Positions 1 through 9,039 of a stretch of 39,281 nt of DNA are shown one piece after another. Numbering within the stretch: the stretch's first letter is position 1; every line of letters begins with the position of its first letter. Below the pieces are notes generated by a model. That model was given only the letters and a program-made list of their open reading frames with translations. It was not told the DNA's origin and made no database searches. The position numbers were made by a program, and so were the translations under genes. This DNA is from a virus. Its lineage: Duplodnaviria; Caudoviricetes. The stretch spans positions 1 through 39,281 of IMG/VR virus record IMGVR_UViG_3300044252_000020. The stretch is one strand, 5' to 3'.

Positions 1-42
1 CCCTCCTCCTCACGATCCTGAAATTCGGAAGGGGGGGCTAAA

Positions 43-717
43 ATGGCCCAAAAACGACCGGAAACGCTGCCCGAGGCTCCGACCACGCTCCAGGAGCTGC
101 AGCAGGACCCGAAAAACCGACGCCAGCACAATGCCCGCAACCTGGAAATGCTGCAGGCCTCCATCAAAGAAGTCGGGGCGTCAAGATCAATCGTCATCGA
201 TGAGCACGGCGAGATCCTGGCAGGCAATGGCGTGGTGCAGGCTGCCACTGCTGCAGGCCTGGAGAAGGTCCGCATCGTAGATGCTGACGGGGACACTGTG
301 ATCGCTGTCCGGCGCACAGGCCTCAGCGATGCCGCCAAGCGTGCCCTGGCCATCTATGACAACCGCACCGCTGAATTGGCAGCCTGGGACTATGACCAGC
401 TCCGCGAGGACCAATCAGAGGGCCTGAGCCTGCAGCCGTTTTGGAGTGAAGCCGAAGAGCTGATGCTGCTCGGACAGGAAGCGAAGCCTGGATGGTCGGG
501 CATGCCGGAGTATGAGCAGGAAGATCAGCAGGGCATCCACACGCTGCGAGTGCATTTCCAGAAGCAGGAGGACGTGCAGGCCTTCGCTGCTCTCATCGGG
601 CAGGACGTGACAACCGAAACGAAATTCATCTGGTATCCAAAGGCGGTCCGTGATCACTGGCTGGAGCGCGAGTGCAAGGCCGATGATGAAGAGGACCCGC
701 CTGCAGACGTGTCATGA
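43..717 (+). CDS. ParB/Sulfiredoxin-like N-terminal domain protein with extra C-terminal domain
   Basis: DPKNRRQH...SIKEVG..RSIVIDE.GEILAGNG...AIYDNRTAELAAWD is the phage ParB-N pattern; C-terminal WSGMPEYEQED...VHF...FAALIGQ...TKFIWYP module. Confidence 0.85.
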   Translation: MAQKRPETLPEAPTTLQELQQDPKNRRQHNARNLEMLQASIKEVGASRSIVIDEHGEILAGNGVVQAATAAGLEKVRIVDADGDTVIAVRRTGLSDAAKRALAIYDNRTAELAAWDYDQLREDQSEGLSLQPFWSEAEELMLLGQEAKPGWSGMPEYEQEDQQGIHTLRVHFQKQEDVQAFAALIGQDVTTETKFIWYPKAVRDHWLERECKADDEEDPPADVS

Positions 718-1604
718 ATCCACGCTTCCCGATCTACATCGTGAGCAAGGGACGCCATGAGACTCGACTCACCAGTCGTGCGCTTGATGCGATGGGCGTG
801 CCGCACTTCATGATTGTCGAGGCCCAGGAGCTGCTGCTGTATGCCGCTGTGAATGTCCCGACCTGCACGCTGCTGGTCCTCGACCCAGAATTTCAGGACA
901 CCTACGACACCTGCGATGACCTGGGCAACACGAAGAGCAAGGGTCCAGGAGCTGCCCGCAATTTTGCGTGGGCGCACGCGCTGCAGTCTGGCGCGGCGTG
1001 GCATTGGGTTATGGATGACAACATCCGCCGCTGGTACCGGATGAATCGCAATCTGAAGGTGCCTTGCAGTGATGGGACGCCGTTCTATGTGATGGAGGAA
1101 TGGTGCCTGCGCTATGCGAATCTCGGGATGGCAGGTCCGCAGTATGAGTTCTTCGCGCCACGCAAAGTGAAATTTCCGCCGTTCATCATGAACACGCGGA
1201 TCTACTCCTGCAACCTGATACGCAACAGCGTGCCCTTCCGGTGGCGTGGCCGGTACAACGAGGACACAGATCTCTCGCTGCGGCTGCTGAAGGCGGGCTG
1301 GTGTACGGTGCAGTTCAATGCGTTCCTGCAGAAGAAGCTGCCGACGCAAACGGTGAAGGGTGGCTGCGATGCCGACTTCTATGCGGTGGAGGGCACGAAG
1401 CCAAAATCCGAAATGCAGGTCCGCCTGCATCCTGACGTGTCGCGGCTGGTGTTCCGCTACGGGCGTTGGCACCATCACGTTGACTATCGTCCCTTCCGGG
1501 CGAATCGTCTGGTGCTGCAGCCTGGGGCTGTGATCCCTGAGGGCGTCAACGAATACGGCATGAAGGTCACTGCCACTGCGAAGAAGGTCGCACGGCGACG
1601 ATGA
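714..1604 (+). CDS. GREB1/TET-associated (TAGT-like) GT-A glycosyltransferase
   Basis: PIYIVSKGR start, GPGAARNF, WVMDDNI (DxD-type), WRGRYNEDTDLSLR, KGG motifs; ATGA overlap with the ParB gene. Confidence 0.8.
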   Translation: MNPRFPIYIVSKGRHETRLTSRALDAMGVPHFMIVEAQELLLYAAVNVPTCTLLVLDPEFQDTYDTCDDLGNTKSKGPGAARNFAWAHALQSGAAWHWVMDDNIRRWYRMNRNLKVPCSDGTPFYVMEEWCLRYANLGMAGPQYEFFAPRKVKFPPFIMNTRIYSCNLIRNSVPFRWRGRYNEDTDLSLRLLKAGWCTVQFNAFLQKKLPTQTVKGGCDADFYAVEGTKPKSEMQVRLHPDVSRLVFRYGRWHHHVDYRPFRANRLVLQPGAVIPEGVNEYGMKVTATAKKVARRR

Positions 1605-1614
1605 GAGGACACCG

Positions 1615-1866
1615 ATGAAAACTTCGATCACTGTCAAAGACAAGTCAGAAGCCCGCGCAGTGCAGGCGGCCATGAGTGATGCGGCGGTGCGTGCCTTCGT
1701 GATTGTCGCGGGCGTGCTGTCAGAGCTGCCATCAGACCGCGCACGGCAGCGCGTGCTGCTCTACGTCCAGGACCTTGCCAACGATCCTGACAGCTTCCCT
1801 GCACCAGCAGACGCTGCAGGCAATGGCGTGCTGCAGGATGGCTCGCAGCCGGAGCGCATGCGGTGA
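1615..1866 (+). CDS. Hypothetical protein
   Basis: GAGGA RBS before ATG; tight operon packing. Confidence 0.7.
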   Translation: MKTSITVKDKSEARAVQAAMSDAAVRAFVIVAGVLSELPSDRARQRVLLYVQDLANDPDSFPAPADAAGNGVLQDGSQPERMR

Positions 1867-2078
1867 GTGGGCTAATTGTGTATACGTGTCCGCTTGGCGC
1901 GAACAGGTTCGCATCGCTGCAGCTTCCCAGCGACTTCAACTGGCAGGACTTCAAACGTGTCGTGGCCCTACTGGAGTCGTTGCCGTTGGAGCCACGGACA
2001 GATCGGCGCATTTGCACTTGCAGTTATGAGCCGGACGAGAATTGTCCAACGCATTCCGCGAAGAAGCAGGACCACTGA
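1863..2078 (+). CDS. Hypothetical protein with Cys/His-rich C-terminus
   Basis: GTGA overlap with upstream gene; CxC...CxxH. Confidence 0.6.
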   Translation: MSGLIVYTCPLGANRFASLQLPSDFNWQDFKRVVALLESLPLEPRTDRRICTCSYEPDENCPTHSAKKQDH

Positions 2079-2206
2079 TGCGAGCCTACTTACTGCTGAT
2101 CGCCTATGCACCGAACTGGCTGATTCAGTGTGTGCCGCAACGCTGGCGCCATCGACAACTGCGACGGTGGATTGCCGAGAACCTGCACGCTCGGCGAGGC
2201 GAATAA
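2078..2206 (+). CDS. Small hypothetical protein (42 aa, not in ORF track)
   Basis: MRAYLLLIAYAPNWLIQCVPQRWRHRQLRRWIAENLHARRGE; TGATG overlap upstream and TAATG overlap with terS. Confidence 0.55.
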   Translation: MRAYLLLIAYAPNWLIQCVPQRWRHRQLRRWIAENLHARRGE

Positions 2207-2697
2207 TGCGAGGCCGCAAACCCATTCCATCAGAGCGGCGCAAGCTCGAAGGCTATGCCTCGCACTCGCACAAGCGCAACGACCGGGAGCCCGAGCCGCC
2301 CCTGGAGGTCGTCACAGAGCTGCCACCTTCCGAGCTGGAGGGCCACACGATTGCGCAGGCGGAATGGATGCGCGTGGTCCCGATGCTGCGCAAGTGTCGG
2401 CAGGTCACTGATGCAGACCGCACCGCACTGATTGCCCTGTGCCTGGAGTGGCAGCGATACCTGGATGCGACCGCTGAAGTGAAGAAGCGGGGCATGGTCG
2501 TGAAGGCTCCCAGCGGGTACCCGATCACGAATCCCTTCATGTCGATTGCCTCGCGTGCGCTCGCGGCCTGCTCCAAGCTGTGGCCCGAGCTGGGACTGAC
2601 GCCGAGCAGCCGCTCGCGTGTCGTCACGCAGGGTCCAGGTCCTGGCGGCGATGCCTTCTCAGAGTTCGACAGCCCGCCTGCTGATGTGAAGCACTGA
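2206..2697 (+). CDS. terS: Terminase small subunit, P27 family
   Basis: MRGRKPIP...LEG...EW.RVVP.L...NP...ELGLTPSSRSR; true start ATG 2206 within the 1876 ORF. Confidence 0.93.
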   Translation: MRGRKPIPSERRKLEGYASHSHKRNDREPEPPLEVVTELPPSELEGHTIAQAEWMRVVPMLRKCRQVTDADRTALIALCLEWQRYLDATAEVKKRGMVVKAPSGYPITNPFMSIASRALAACSKLWPELGLTPSSRSRVVTQGPGPGGDAFSEFDSPPADVKH

Positions 2698-2703
2698 CCC
2701 GCC

Positions 2704-4368
2704 ATGCCGCTCCACGCCATCGACGCCTACGCGAGAGCAGTCGTCAACGGGCGTGTGCTGGCTGGGACCTATCATCGCCTCGCCTGCCAGCGTCACCTGC
2801 GTGATCGCAAGCGTGAAGGTACGCGGGCCTTCCCGTATGTCTTTGATGGCTCCAGGGCGGATCGCTTCTACCGGTTCGCAGAGCAGCTTCGGCACTACAA
2901 AGGCGAGTGGTCTGGCCAGCTCATTCGCCTGCAGCCGCATCAACTGTTCCGGCTGGGCAGCATCTTCGCGTGGCGTCACCGCGAGACAGGGCTGCGCCGG
3001 TTCCGCTCTGTCTACTTCGAGATCCCCAGGAAGAACGGCAAGAGCTTGGAAGCCGCCATCGTGTGCCTGTATGCGGCCTTCTTCGACGGCGAACCTGGGG
3101 CCGAGGGCTATGTCATCGCCACCAAACGTGAGCAGGCGAAGATTGTGTTCAACGATTGCAAGATGCTCGTGCAGTCCAGTGGCCTCCGCACTCGCATCGA
3201 TGTGCTCATGGCAAACCTGCACATGGACAGCACCGCATCCAAGGTGGAGCCCCTGGGCGCAGACCGTGACTCCACCGATGGACTGAATCCCCAGATCGTG
3301 ATCATCGATGAAGCACACGCGATGAAGCATCGGGGGCTGATCGATGTTATGGAGACAGCCACCGGAGCGCGACGGCAACCGCTCATCGTGTGGATCACGA
3401 CTGCAGGCAACGATCCGGTGACGCCGTGCGGGGACCAGCACGACTACGCCTGCAAGGTCCTGGACGGTGTGCTCCAGGATGAAACGCTGCTGGCGTTCAT
3501 TGCGCATGCCGATGTGGATGACGACCCATTCATCGAGCGCACCTGGAAGAAGGCAAACCCGAACTACGGCGTCAGTGTGAAGCCCGCAGACTTGGCGGCC
3601 CTGGCACTGAAGGCGAAGAGCATGCCTGCTGCCGCAGCCGCCTTCAAGCAGAAGCGGCTGAACTTCTGGGTCAACGCTGATGCGCCCTGGCTGGCCCTGG
3701 AGGGCTGGCGCAAAGGTCAGTCGCTGTGGTCGCCCGAAGAGCTGCGCGGCGAGGACTGCTATCTCGGGATCGACATGTCCAGCAAGATCGACCTGACTGC
3801 AGTCGTGGCCATGTTCCCGCCGACCGAGCAGCGAGCTCGCTGGCGCATGCTGGCCTGGGTCCTCACACCTGAAGAGACACTGGAGCAGCGCGAACACAGA
3901 GACAGAGCCCCGTATCGGCTCTGGGTCCAGCGCGGGTACCTGCTCACGAATCCCGGCAGCCGCATCGACCAGGATCGTGTGCGTGAGATTGTCCAGGCGG
4001 CGCGGGCCATGTTCAATGTCGTGCAGGTCGGCTTCGATCCCTGGAATGCGGGCAACCTGGAAAAGGAGCTGCAGGGCGAAGGCCTGGACGTCGTGGAGGT
4101 CCCGCAGAACTTGGCGCAAATGAGTCAGGCGGCGAAGGACTTCGAGGCGGATGTGCTCGAAGGGCTGATCGATGCCGGGGACAGTCCGCTCGTGAGCTGG
4201 TGCGCTCGCAATGTCGTGGTGCAGCGTGACAACAAAGACAACATTTATCCGGTGAAGAAGCGGAGTCGAGGCCGCATCGATCCGATCATTGCGGGCCTGA
4301 TTGCTCGCAAGCTCGCGGACCTGGGCGAGAGCCAGTGGGCGGACGACCCCGATCTGGTGACAGCGTGA
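2704..4368 (+). CDS. terL: Terminase large subunit
   Basis: Walker A PRKNGKS, Walker B IIDEAH, ITTAG motif, nuclease GIDMS...FDPWNA...RIDPIIA. Confidence 0.97.
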   Translation: MPLHAIDAYARAVVNGRVLAGTYHRLACQRHLRDRKREGTRAFPYVFDGSRADRFYRFAEQLRHYKGEWSGQLIRLQPHQLFRLGSIFAWRHRETGLRRFRSVYFEIPRKNGKSLEAAIVCLYAAFFDGEPGAEGYVIATKREQAKIVFNDCKMLVQSSGLRTRIDVLMANLHMDSTASKVEPLGADRDSTDGLNPQIVIIDEAHAMKHRGLIDVMETATGARRQPLIVWITTAGNDPVTPCGDQHDYACKVLDGVLQDETLLAFIAHADVDDDPFIERTWKKANPNYGVSVKPADLAALALKAKSMPAAAAAFKQKRLNFWVNADAPWLALEGWRKGQSLWSPEELRGEDCYLGIDMSSKIDLTAVVAMFPPTEQRARWRMLAWVLTPEETLEQREHRDRAPYRLWVQRGYLLTNPGSRIDQDRVREIVQAARAMFNVVQVGFDPWNAGNLEKELQGEGLDVVEVPQNLAQMSQAAKDFEADVLEGLIDAGDSPLVSWCARNVVVQRDNKDNIYPVKKRSRGRIDPIIAGLIARKLADLGESQWADDPDLVTA

Positions 4369-4577
4369 GCAGAGTCCGCTACACTCGTCAGCGGATGCGA
4401 CCTAGCAAGCCGTCAGGCCGCCCGCCGCTCGACCGGCAGGACCCTTCTGTCGGCGTGCATGTGCGTCTCCCTTCCCGCCAATACGATCACGCCTATCAAC
4501 GTGCGAGTGCTGCAGGAGTCACCGTCCCGGAACTGATCCGGCAGGCTCTGCAGACTCCACGCCCGCCGAAGGCCTGA
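4365..4577 (+). CDS. Ribbon-helix-helix (CopG-like) DNA-binding protein
   Basis: GRPP then VGVHVRLP strand, helix, GVTVPELIRQAL helix; GTGA overlap with terL stop. Confidence 0.65.
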   Translation: MSRVRYTRQRMRPSKPSGRPPLDRQDPSVGVHVRLPSRQYDHAYQRASAAGVTVPELIRQALQTPRPPKA

Positions 4578-4645
4578 CACAGGCTTTCGGTACCTAAACT
4601 TCACACGCAGCCCGATCCCGTCGAGACTGCTGCGCAGTCCTCACG

Positions 4646-4873
4646 ATGTGGAGCTGGTTCGGCCCGCCCTGTCTCCTGCGCGTCGTCATCGTGAACTTGA
4701 AGAGCGATGGCAACGCTGCGATCCGTGGCGTGCTGTGGCAGTCGCGGGGGCCGTGGCTGGTCCTGCGTGATGCGTCCATGCTCCAAGCAGGCTCCGGCAG
4801 TCCGCCCCCGCCGCTTGACGGGGACATCGTGATCCACCGTGACAACGTGTCGTTCCTCCAGGTTGTGCCCTGA
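4646..4873 (+). CDS. Small beta-rich protein, Sm/LSm-like fold suspected
   Basis: VIVNLKS...IRGVL...LVLRDA (Sm1-like) and GDIVIHRDNVSFLQ (Sm2-like); TGATG overlap with portal. Confidence 0.7.
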   Translation: MWSWFGPPCLLRVVIVNLKSDGNAAIRGVLWQSRGPWLVLRDASMLQAGSGSPPPPLDGDIVIHRDNVSFLQVVP

Positions 4874-6369
4874 TGGTCGTGCAAAGTTTTGGAACCCTGC
4901 AGACCTATCGCAACGAGCGCGAGGTCCTGCCTGATACGAGCTGGCGACGCTCGAATCTCTGGGCTGCAGGTCCGCAGACCTATGCAGCCATGTATCGCAC
5001 GCAGCCCAGCGTGCGGACGGTTGTGGACTTCATCGCCCGGAACGTGGCGCAGCTCGGCATCCACATCTACCGCCGCATCAGTGACATCGACCGCGAGCGA
5101 CTGGCGAATCACGAACTGGCTCAGTGGCTGAAGAATCCAAACCCAGGGATGACACAGCATCGGCTGATCGAGAGCCTGATGCAGGACCTCGGCGTGTACT
5201 TCATGGCCTACTGGCTGAAGGTCCGCGAGCGCAATGGCCGTCTCGGGCTGGTGCGCCTGCCGCCGGAGACAGTCACCGTGCATGGCTGGCTGGTGCCTGA
5301 GGCCTTCGACTGGACCTTGCCCGACAACACCATCCGCACGCTGCGTCCGCAGGATCTCGTGTACTTCCACGGCTACGATCCCTGCGATCCGCTGAGTGGG
5401 ATCTCACCGCTGGAGACACTGCGCCGCACGCTGGAAGGGGAGAGCGCAGCGGGCTCTTACATGTCGGCCTTCTGGGAAAACGCAGCACGGCTTGAAGGAG
5501 TCATTCAGCGGCCTGCCACTGCACCGAAGTGGACACCAGAGCAGAAGCAATCATTCCGCGAGCAGTGGCAGACCCGCTTCCAGGGACCTGCCAACGCTGG
5601 ACAGACTGCCGTCCTCGAAGATGGCATGACGTTTCAGGCCACGTCCTACAGCGCGAAGGATTCTGAGTACACCGATGCTCGCAAGCTCTCACGGGAAGAA
5701 GTGGCGCGGGAGTATCACGTCCCGCTGCCGATGGTCGGCATCCTGGACCACGCCACGTATTCCAACATCCGCGAGCAGCACAAAAACCTGTATCAGGACT
5801 GCCTCGGCCCCTGGCTGGACTTCATCGAGCAGGAGCTAACGAAGCAGCTCTTGATTGAATGCTCCGACCAGGATGGCGTGTATATCGAGTTCAACATCGC
5901 AGAGAAGCTCAAGGGCTCGTTTGAAGAGCAGGCCGCAGCCATGCAGACCGCTGTCGGTCGTCCCGTGATGACCGTGAACGAGGGCCGTGCACGCCTGAAC
6001 CTGCCTTCGATCAAGAACGACACGACAGCGAATCAAGTGGCCCTGCCGCTCAATATGTCCCCGACCGGCGAGGACGTTGAACCGCAGCGAGCCCTGATGC
6101 GCGTGCCTGGAGTCACGGCGGCCATTGCACGGGCCTGGAGGCGTCAGGCCTCTGTTGTGGCGAAGGGTCTGCCCTTTGATGCGGACCGCTGGAATACCGA
6201 GCTGGCGGCAGACCTGGAAGAAGCCCTCATCGTTGCAGGCGGGGAACGTGCGCAGTCTGCAGAGGCTGCGGCCAGCCTTGCCTGTCACCTGAATAGCGAG
6301 ACGCAGCAGCTCCTGGCTGACGGCTCGAATCCCTTCACAGCCGACCGGGAGGCGGCGCTGTATGTCTAA
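4873..6369 (+). CDS. Portal protein, HK97 family
   Basis: GISPLE, NAG.TAVLEDGM.F, EVAREYHVP..MVG, ATYSNIREQ, MTVNEGRARLNLP. Confidence 0.96.
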   Translation: MVVQSFGTLQTYRNEREVLPDTSWRRSNLWAAGPQTYAAMYRTQPSVRTVVDFIARNVAQLGIHIYRRISDIDRERLANHELAQWLKNPNPGMTQHRLIESLMQDLGVYFMAYWLKVRERNGRLGLVRLPPETVTVHGWLVPEAFDWTLPDNTIRTLRPQDLVYFHGYDPCDPLSGISPLETLRRTLEGESAAGSYMSAFWENAARLEGVIQRPATAPKWTPEQKQSFREQWQTRFQGPANAGQTAVLEDGMTFQATSYSAKDSEYTDARKLSREEVAREYHVPLPMVGILDHATYSNIREQHKNLYQDCLGPWLDFIEQELTKQLLIECSDQDGVYIEFNIAEKLKGSFEEQAAAMQTAVGRPVMTVNEGRARLNLPSIKNDTTANQVALPLNMSPTGEDVEPQRALMRVPGVTAAIARAWRRQASVVAKGLPFDADRWNTELAADLEEALIVAGGERAQSAEAAASLACHLNSETQQLLADGSNPFTADREAALYV

Positions 6370-7339
6370 CCCGCTTCCGCGAGCGCATGCCTGTGATCGA
6401 GTGCTGAGCATGGCGCTTCATCCCTGGGCACTGACACGAGCGATGACGGATGTCGTTGTCTCAGTTCTCAGCCGCCGCTTGACGATGAATGCATTGGAGG
6501 CTGAGAGCTTCGAGCCTCGGGCCCCTGGCCGCAAGCAGCGCACTGGTGGCGTGGCTGTCCTGCCGATTCATGGCGTGATTGCCCCGCGCATGAATGCCCT
6601 GTCGGAGATCAGTGGCGGGGCCACATATGAGCAGGCGTCACAGGCCCTGGCTGAAGTGATGGCGAATCCCGAAGTCAGCACCATCGTGCTGGACATCGAC
6701 TCGCCTGGGGGCAGCGTGATGGGCGCGACGGAGTTCGCCCGCGAGGTCATGAAGGCCCGCACAAAGAAAACGATCATCGCGCAAGCGAACTACGAGATGT
6801 GCTCTGCCGCGTATTGGATTGGCGCATGCGCCACCGAGATCGTGGCGTCACCGTCCTCGATGGTCGGGAGCATTGGCGTCTATAGCATCCATGAGGACCT
6901 GTCAGCCGCCCTGGAGCAGGCAGGCGTGAAGCTCACATACCTGAGCGCAGGAAAGTTCAAGGTGGACGGCAACGAAGCTGAAGCCCTGAGCGACACAGCG
7001 CGGGCCCGCCTGCAGGCCATTGTCGATGGTGCCTACGCCACGTTCGTGGGCGATGTGGCCCTCGGTCGTGGCATCAGCGTGGACAAGGTGCAGAGCCGCT
7101 ACGGCGAGGGCTCTGTGCTGAATGCCACTGAAGCCAAAGCCGCCAAGATGATCGACCGCATTGCCACGCTTGACGAAACACTGGCTCGCGTGCTTCCCAG
7201 CGGCACGCAGCCGCTTGCCCTCTCTGCCCAGGCATTCGCACTCGACACGTCACAGGAGCCTTCACCGGCCACTGACCAGGATCGCGTGCGTGCATGTCGT
7301 GAGCTGGAGTGCGAGCTGCTCATGCTGGATTTTGCATAA
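6362..7339 (+). CDS. Prohead maturation protease, S49 (SppA-like) peptidase
   Basis: LDIDSPGG, CSAAYWI, VGSIGV, AGKFK motifs; between portal and capsid. Confidence 0.93.
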   Translation: MSNPLPRAHACDRVLSMALHPWALTRAMTDVVVSVLSRRLTMNALEAESFEPRAPGRKQRTGGVAVLPIHGVIAPRMNALSEISGGATYEQASQALAEVMANPEVSTIVLDIDSPGGSVMGATEFAREVMKARTKKTIIAQANYEMCSAAYWIGACATEIVASPSSMVGSIGVYSIHEDLSAALEQAGVKLTYLSAGKFKVDGNEAEALSDTARARLQAIVDGAYATFVGDVALGRGISVDKVQSRYGEGSVLNATEAKAAKMIDRIATLDETLARVLPSGTQPLALSAQAFALDTSQEPSPATDQDRVRACRELECELLMLDFA

Positions 7340-7352
7340 GAAGGACCCTGCC

Positions 7353-8669
7353 ATGAATATCGCAGCCCTGGAACGGGACGTTGAGAAGAAGAAGAACGAG
7401 GGCAAAGCTCTCGCCGCCTCTGTCGCAAAAGCTGCAGAAGCAGAGAATCGTGTGCTGACGGATGACGAGCGCACGCAGCTCGCAGCCATCAAGACGGATG
7501 TCGATGGACTGATGGCGAAGATCGCCCAGGCCAAAGGCGACAGCACACAGCTCGAAGAGTTCACGTCACTCATGAAGAGTGCGGGGACAGGGATCACACC
7601 GGCAGCGGCAGCCGCTCGCTCGAAGGGTCCGCAGAGCATGGGCCGTCAGTTCGTGTCGGCGGAGGGCTACGACTTCTTCCGCAAGGGGCTGCATCGTGGC
7701 TCTGCGCAGTGGCATTCGCCCAGCATGGAGCTGTTCGATCATCAGGGCCTGCATGCCGCCACGCTGACCTCAGATCCTGCCAGCGGCGGGGCGCTCGTGG
7801 TCCCCGACTATCAGCCTGGGATTCTGCAGACACCGACGCGCCGTCTGGTCGTCGCAGACCTCCTGGCCAGCGGCACGACCGACAGCAACCTGATCGCCTA
7901 CATGCAGGAAACAGCATTTACGAATGCTGCGGCGGCAGTCCTGGAAGGTGCAGCGAAGCCTGAGTCTGCACTCACGTTCGCGGCAGTGAATGATCCAGTG
8001 CGCAAGATTGCTCACTGGCTGCCCGTGTCCGAGGAAATGCTGGAGGACGTGGCGCAGATCCAGAGCTACATCGATGCGCGTCTGCGCCTCGGCGTGCAGC
8101 TCGCGGAAGAGGACGAACTGCTGAACGGCACCGGAGTCGCGCCGCATATCCTCGGCATCCTGAAGCGCCCAGGTCTTGCGCCTGCGATTGCGCGTGGTGC
8201 TGCCGAGTCCAACATGGATGCGATCTTCCGGCAGATCATGACGATCTACGGCGCATCGTTGCTGATGCCTGATGGCGTCGTGATGAATCCTGCTGACTGG
8301 GCCACGACTGTGCTGTCGAAGAACGTCAGCGGCGACTACTACACGGGCGGTCCATTCTCGCCCATCCAGTCGCCCACGATGTGGGGGCTGCCGGTGGCAG
8401 TGACACCTGCTATCGTCGCCGCCACTGCTCTCGTCGGTGCCTTCAAGAGTGCTGCGCAGGTGTTCCGCAAGGGCGGCATCCGTGTGGAAGCCAGCAACAG
8501 CCACCAGGACTTCTTCGTGAAGAACCTCGTGGCGATCCGCGCTGAAGAGCGGCTGGCCCTCGCGGTCTACCGCCCCGGTGCCTTCGGCACAGTGACAGGC
8601 CTCGGCGTGCCTGTGTTGGCCGCGCTTGGCGCTGGCGACCTTGGCGGCGCACGCAGGGACAACGCCTAA
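7353..8669 (+). CDS. Major capsid protein, HK97 fold with N-terminal delta domain
   Basis: Start ATG 7353 after AAGGA; coiled-coil N-terminus, GGALVVP, EGAAKPES, KIAHW.PVS.EML.D, F.KNLVAIRAEERL. Confidence 0.97.
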   Translation: MNIAALERDVEKKKNEGKALAASVAKAAEAENRVLTDDERTQLAAIKTDVDGLMAKIAQAKGDSTQLEEFTSLMKSAGTGITPAAAAARSKGPQSMGRQFVSAEGYDFFRKGLHRGSAQWHSPSMELFDHQGLHAATLTSDPASGGALVVPDYQPGILQTPTRRLVVADLLASGTTDSNLIAYMQETAFTNAAAAVLEGAAKPESALTFAAVNDPVRKIAHWLPVSEEMLEDVAQIQSYIDARLRLGVQLAEEDELLNGTGVAPHILGILKRPGLAPAIARGAAESNMDAIFRQIMTIYGASLLMPDGVVMNPADWATTVLSKNVSGDYYTGGPFSPIQSPTMWGLPVAVTPAIVAATALVGAFKSAAQVFRKGGIRVEASNSHQDFFVKNLVAIRAEERLALAVYRPGAFGTVTGLGVPVLAALGAGDLGGARRDNA

Positions 8670-8695
8670 GCCCGTAACCCTGAGCACGGGCAAAG

Positions 8696-8744
8696 CCTGG
8701 GACGGAGCTGCAGGACGGAAGGGTCCTGCGGCTCCACTCTCGGG
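8696..8744 (+). terminator. GC-rich hairpin after the capsid gene (terminator/attenuator or mRNA stabiliser)
   Basis: GGAGCTGCAGGAC (8704-8716) pairs with GTCCTGCGGCTCC (8723-8735), extendable outward; no U-tract. Confidence 0.45.
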
Positions 8745-8760
8745 CGACTCAGGAGGCCCG

Positions 8761-9039
8761 ATGTCGAAATGTTCTACGTTTGATCTCGATGATCCAGGGC
8801 CGTGCCCTGTGGACGACATGCCGCATCACACCTGCACGAGTCCTGACTATCAGGGGCGTGCAGAGATCGCCGTGCGCTTCCTGGCGGCTGGCAGTCCTGA
8901 CCCACTGCTGACACTGCCGACGCGCCGACCGCTGGTGTTGGATGCTGCGCTGCAGCCACCAGTGCAGACTCGCTCGCAGGAGTTCACGACCGCGCAGTAT
9001 CGCGGCGTGAAGAACCGCCGACCACGACCACGACGATGA
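8761..9039 (+). CDS. Hypothetical protein
   Basis: AGGAGG RBS before ATG 8761; ATGA overlap with next gene; CPVDDMPHHTC motif. Confidence 0.7.
   Translation: MSKCSTFDLDDPGPCPVDDMPHHTCTSPDYQGRAEIAVRFLAAGSPDPLLTLPTRRPLVLDAALQPPVQTRSQEFTTAQYRGVKNRRPRPRR

Noticed and set aside
8626-8760. Possible frameshift extension of the capsid into the 8626-9039 frame
   Set aside because: No slippery heptamer seen; the downstream ORF has its own AGGAGG RBS and ATG at 8761
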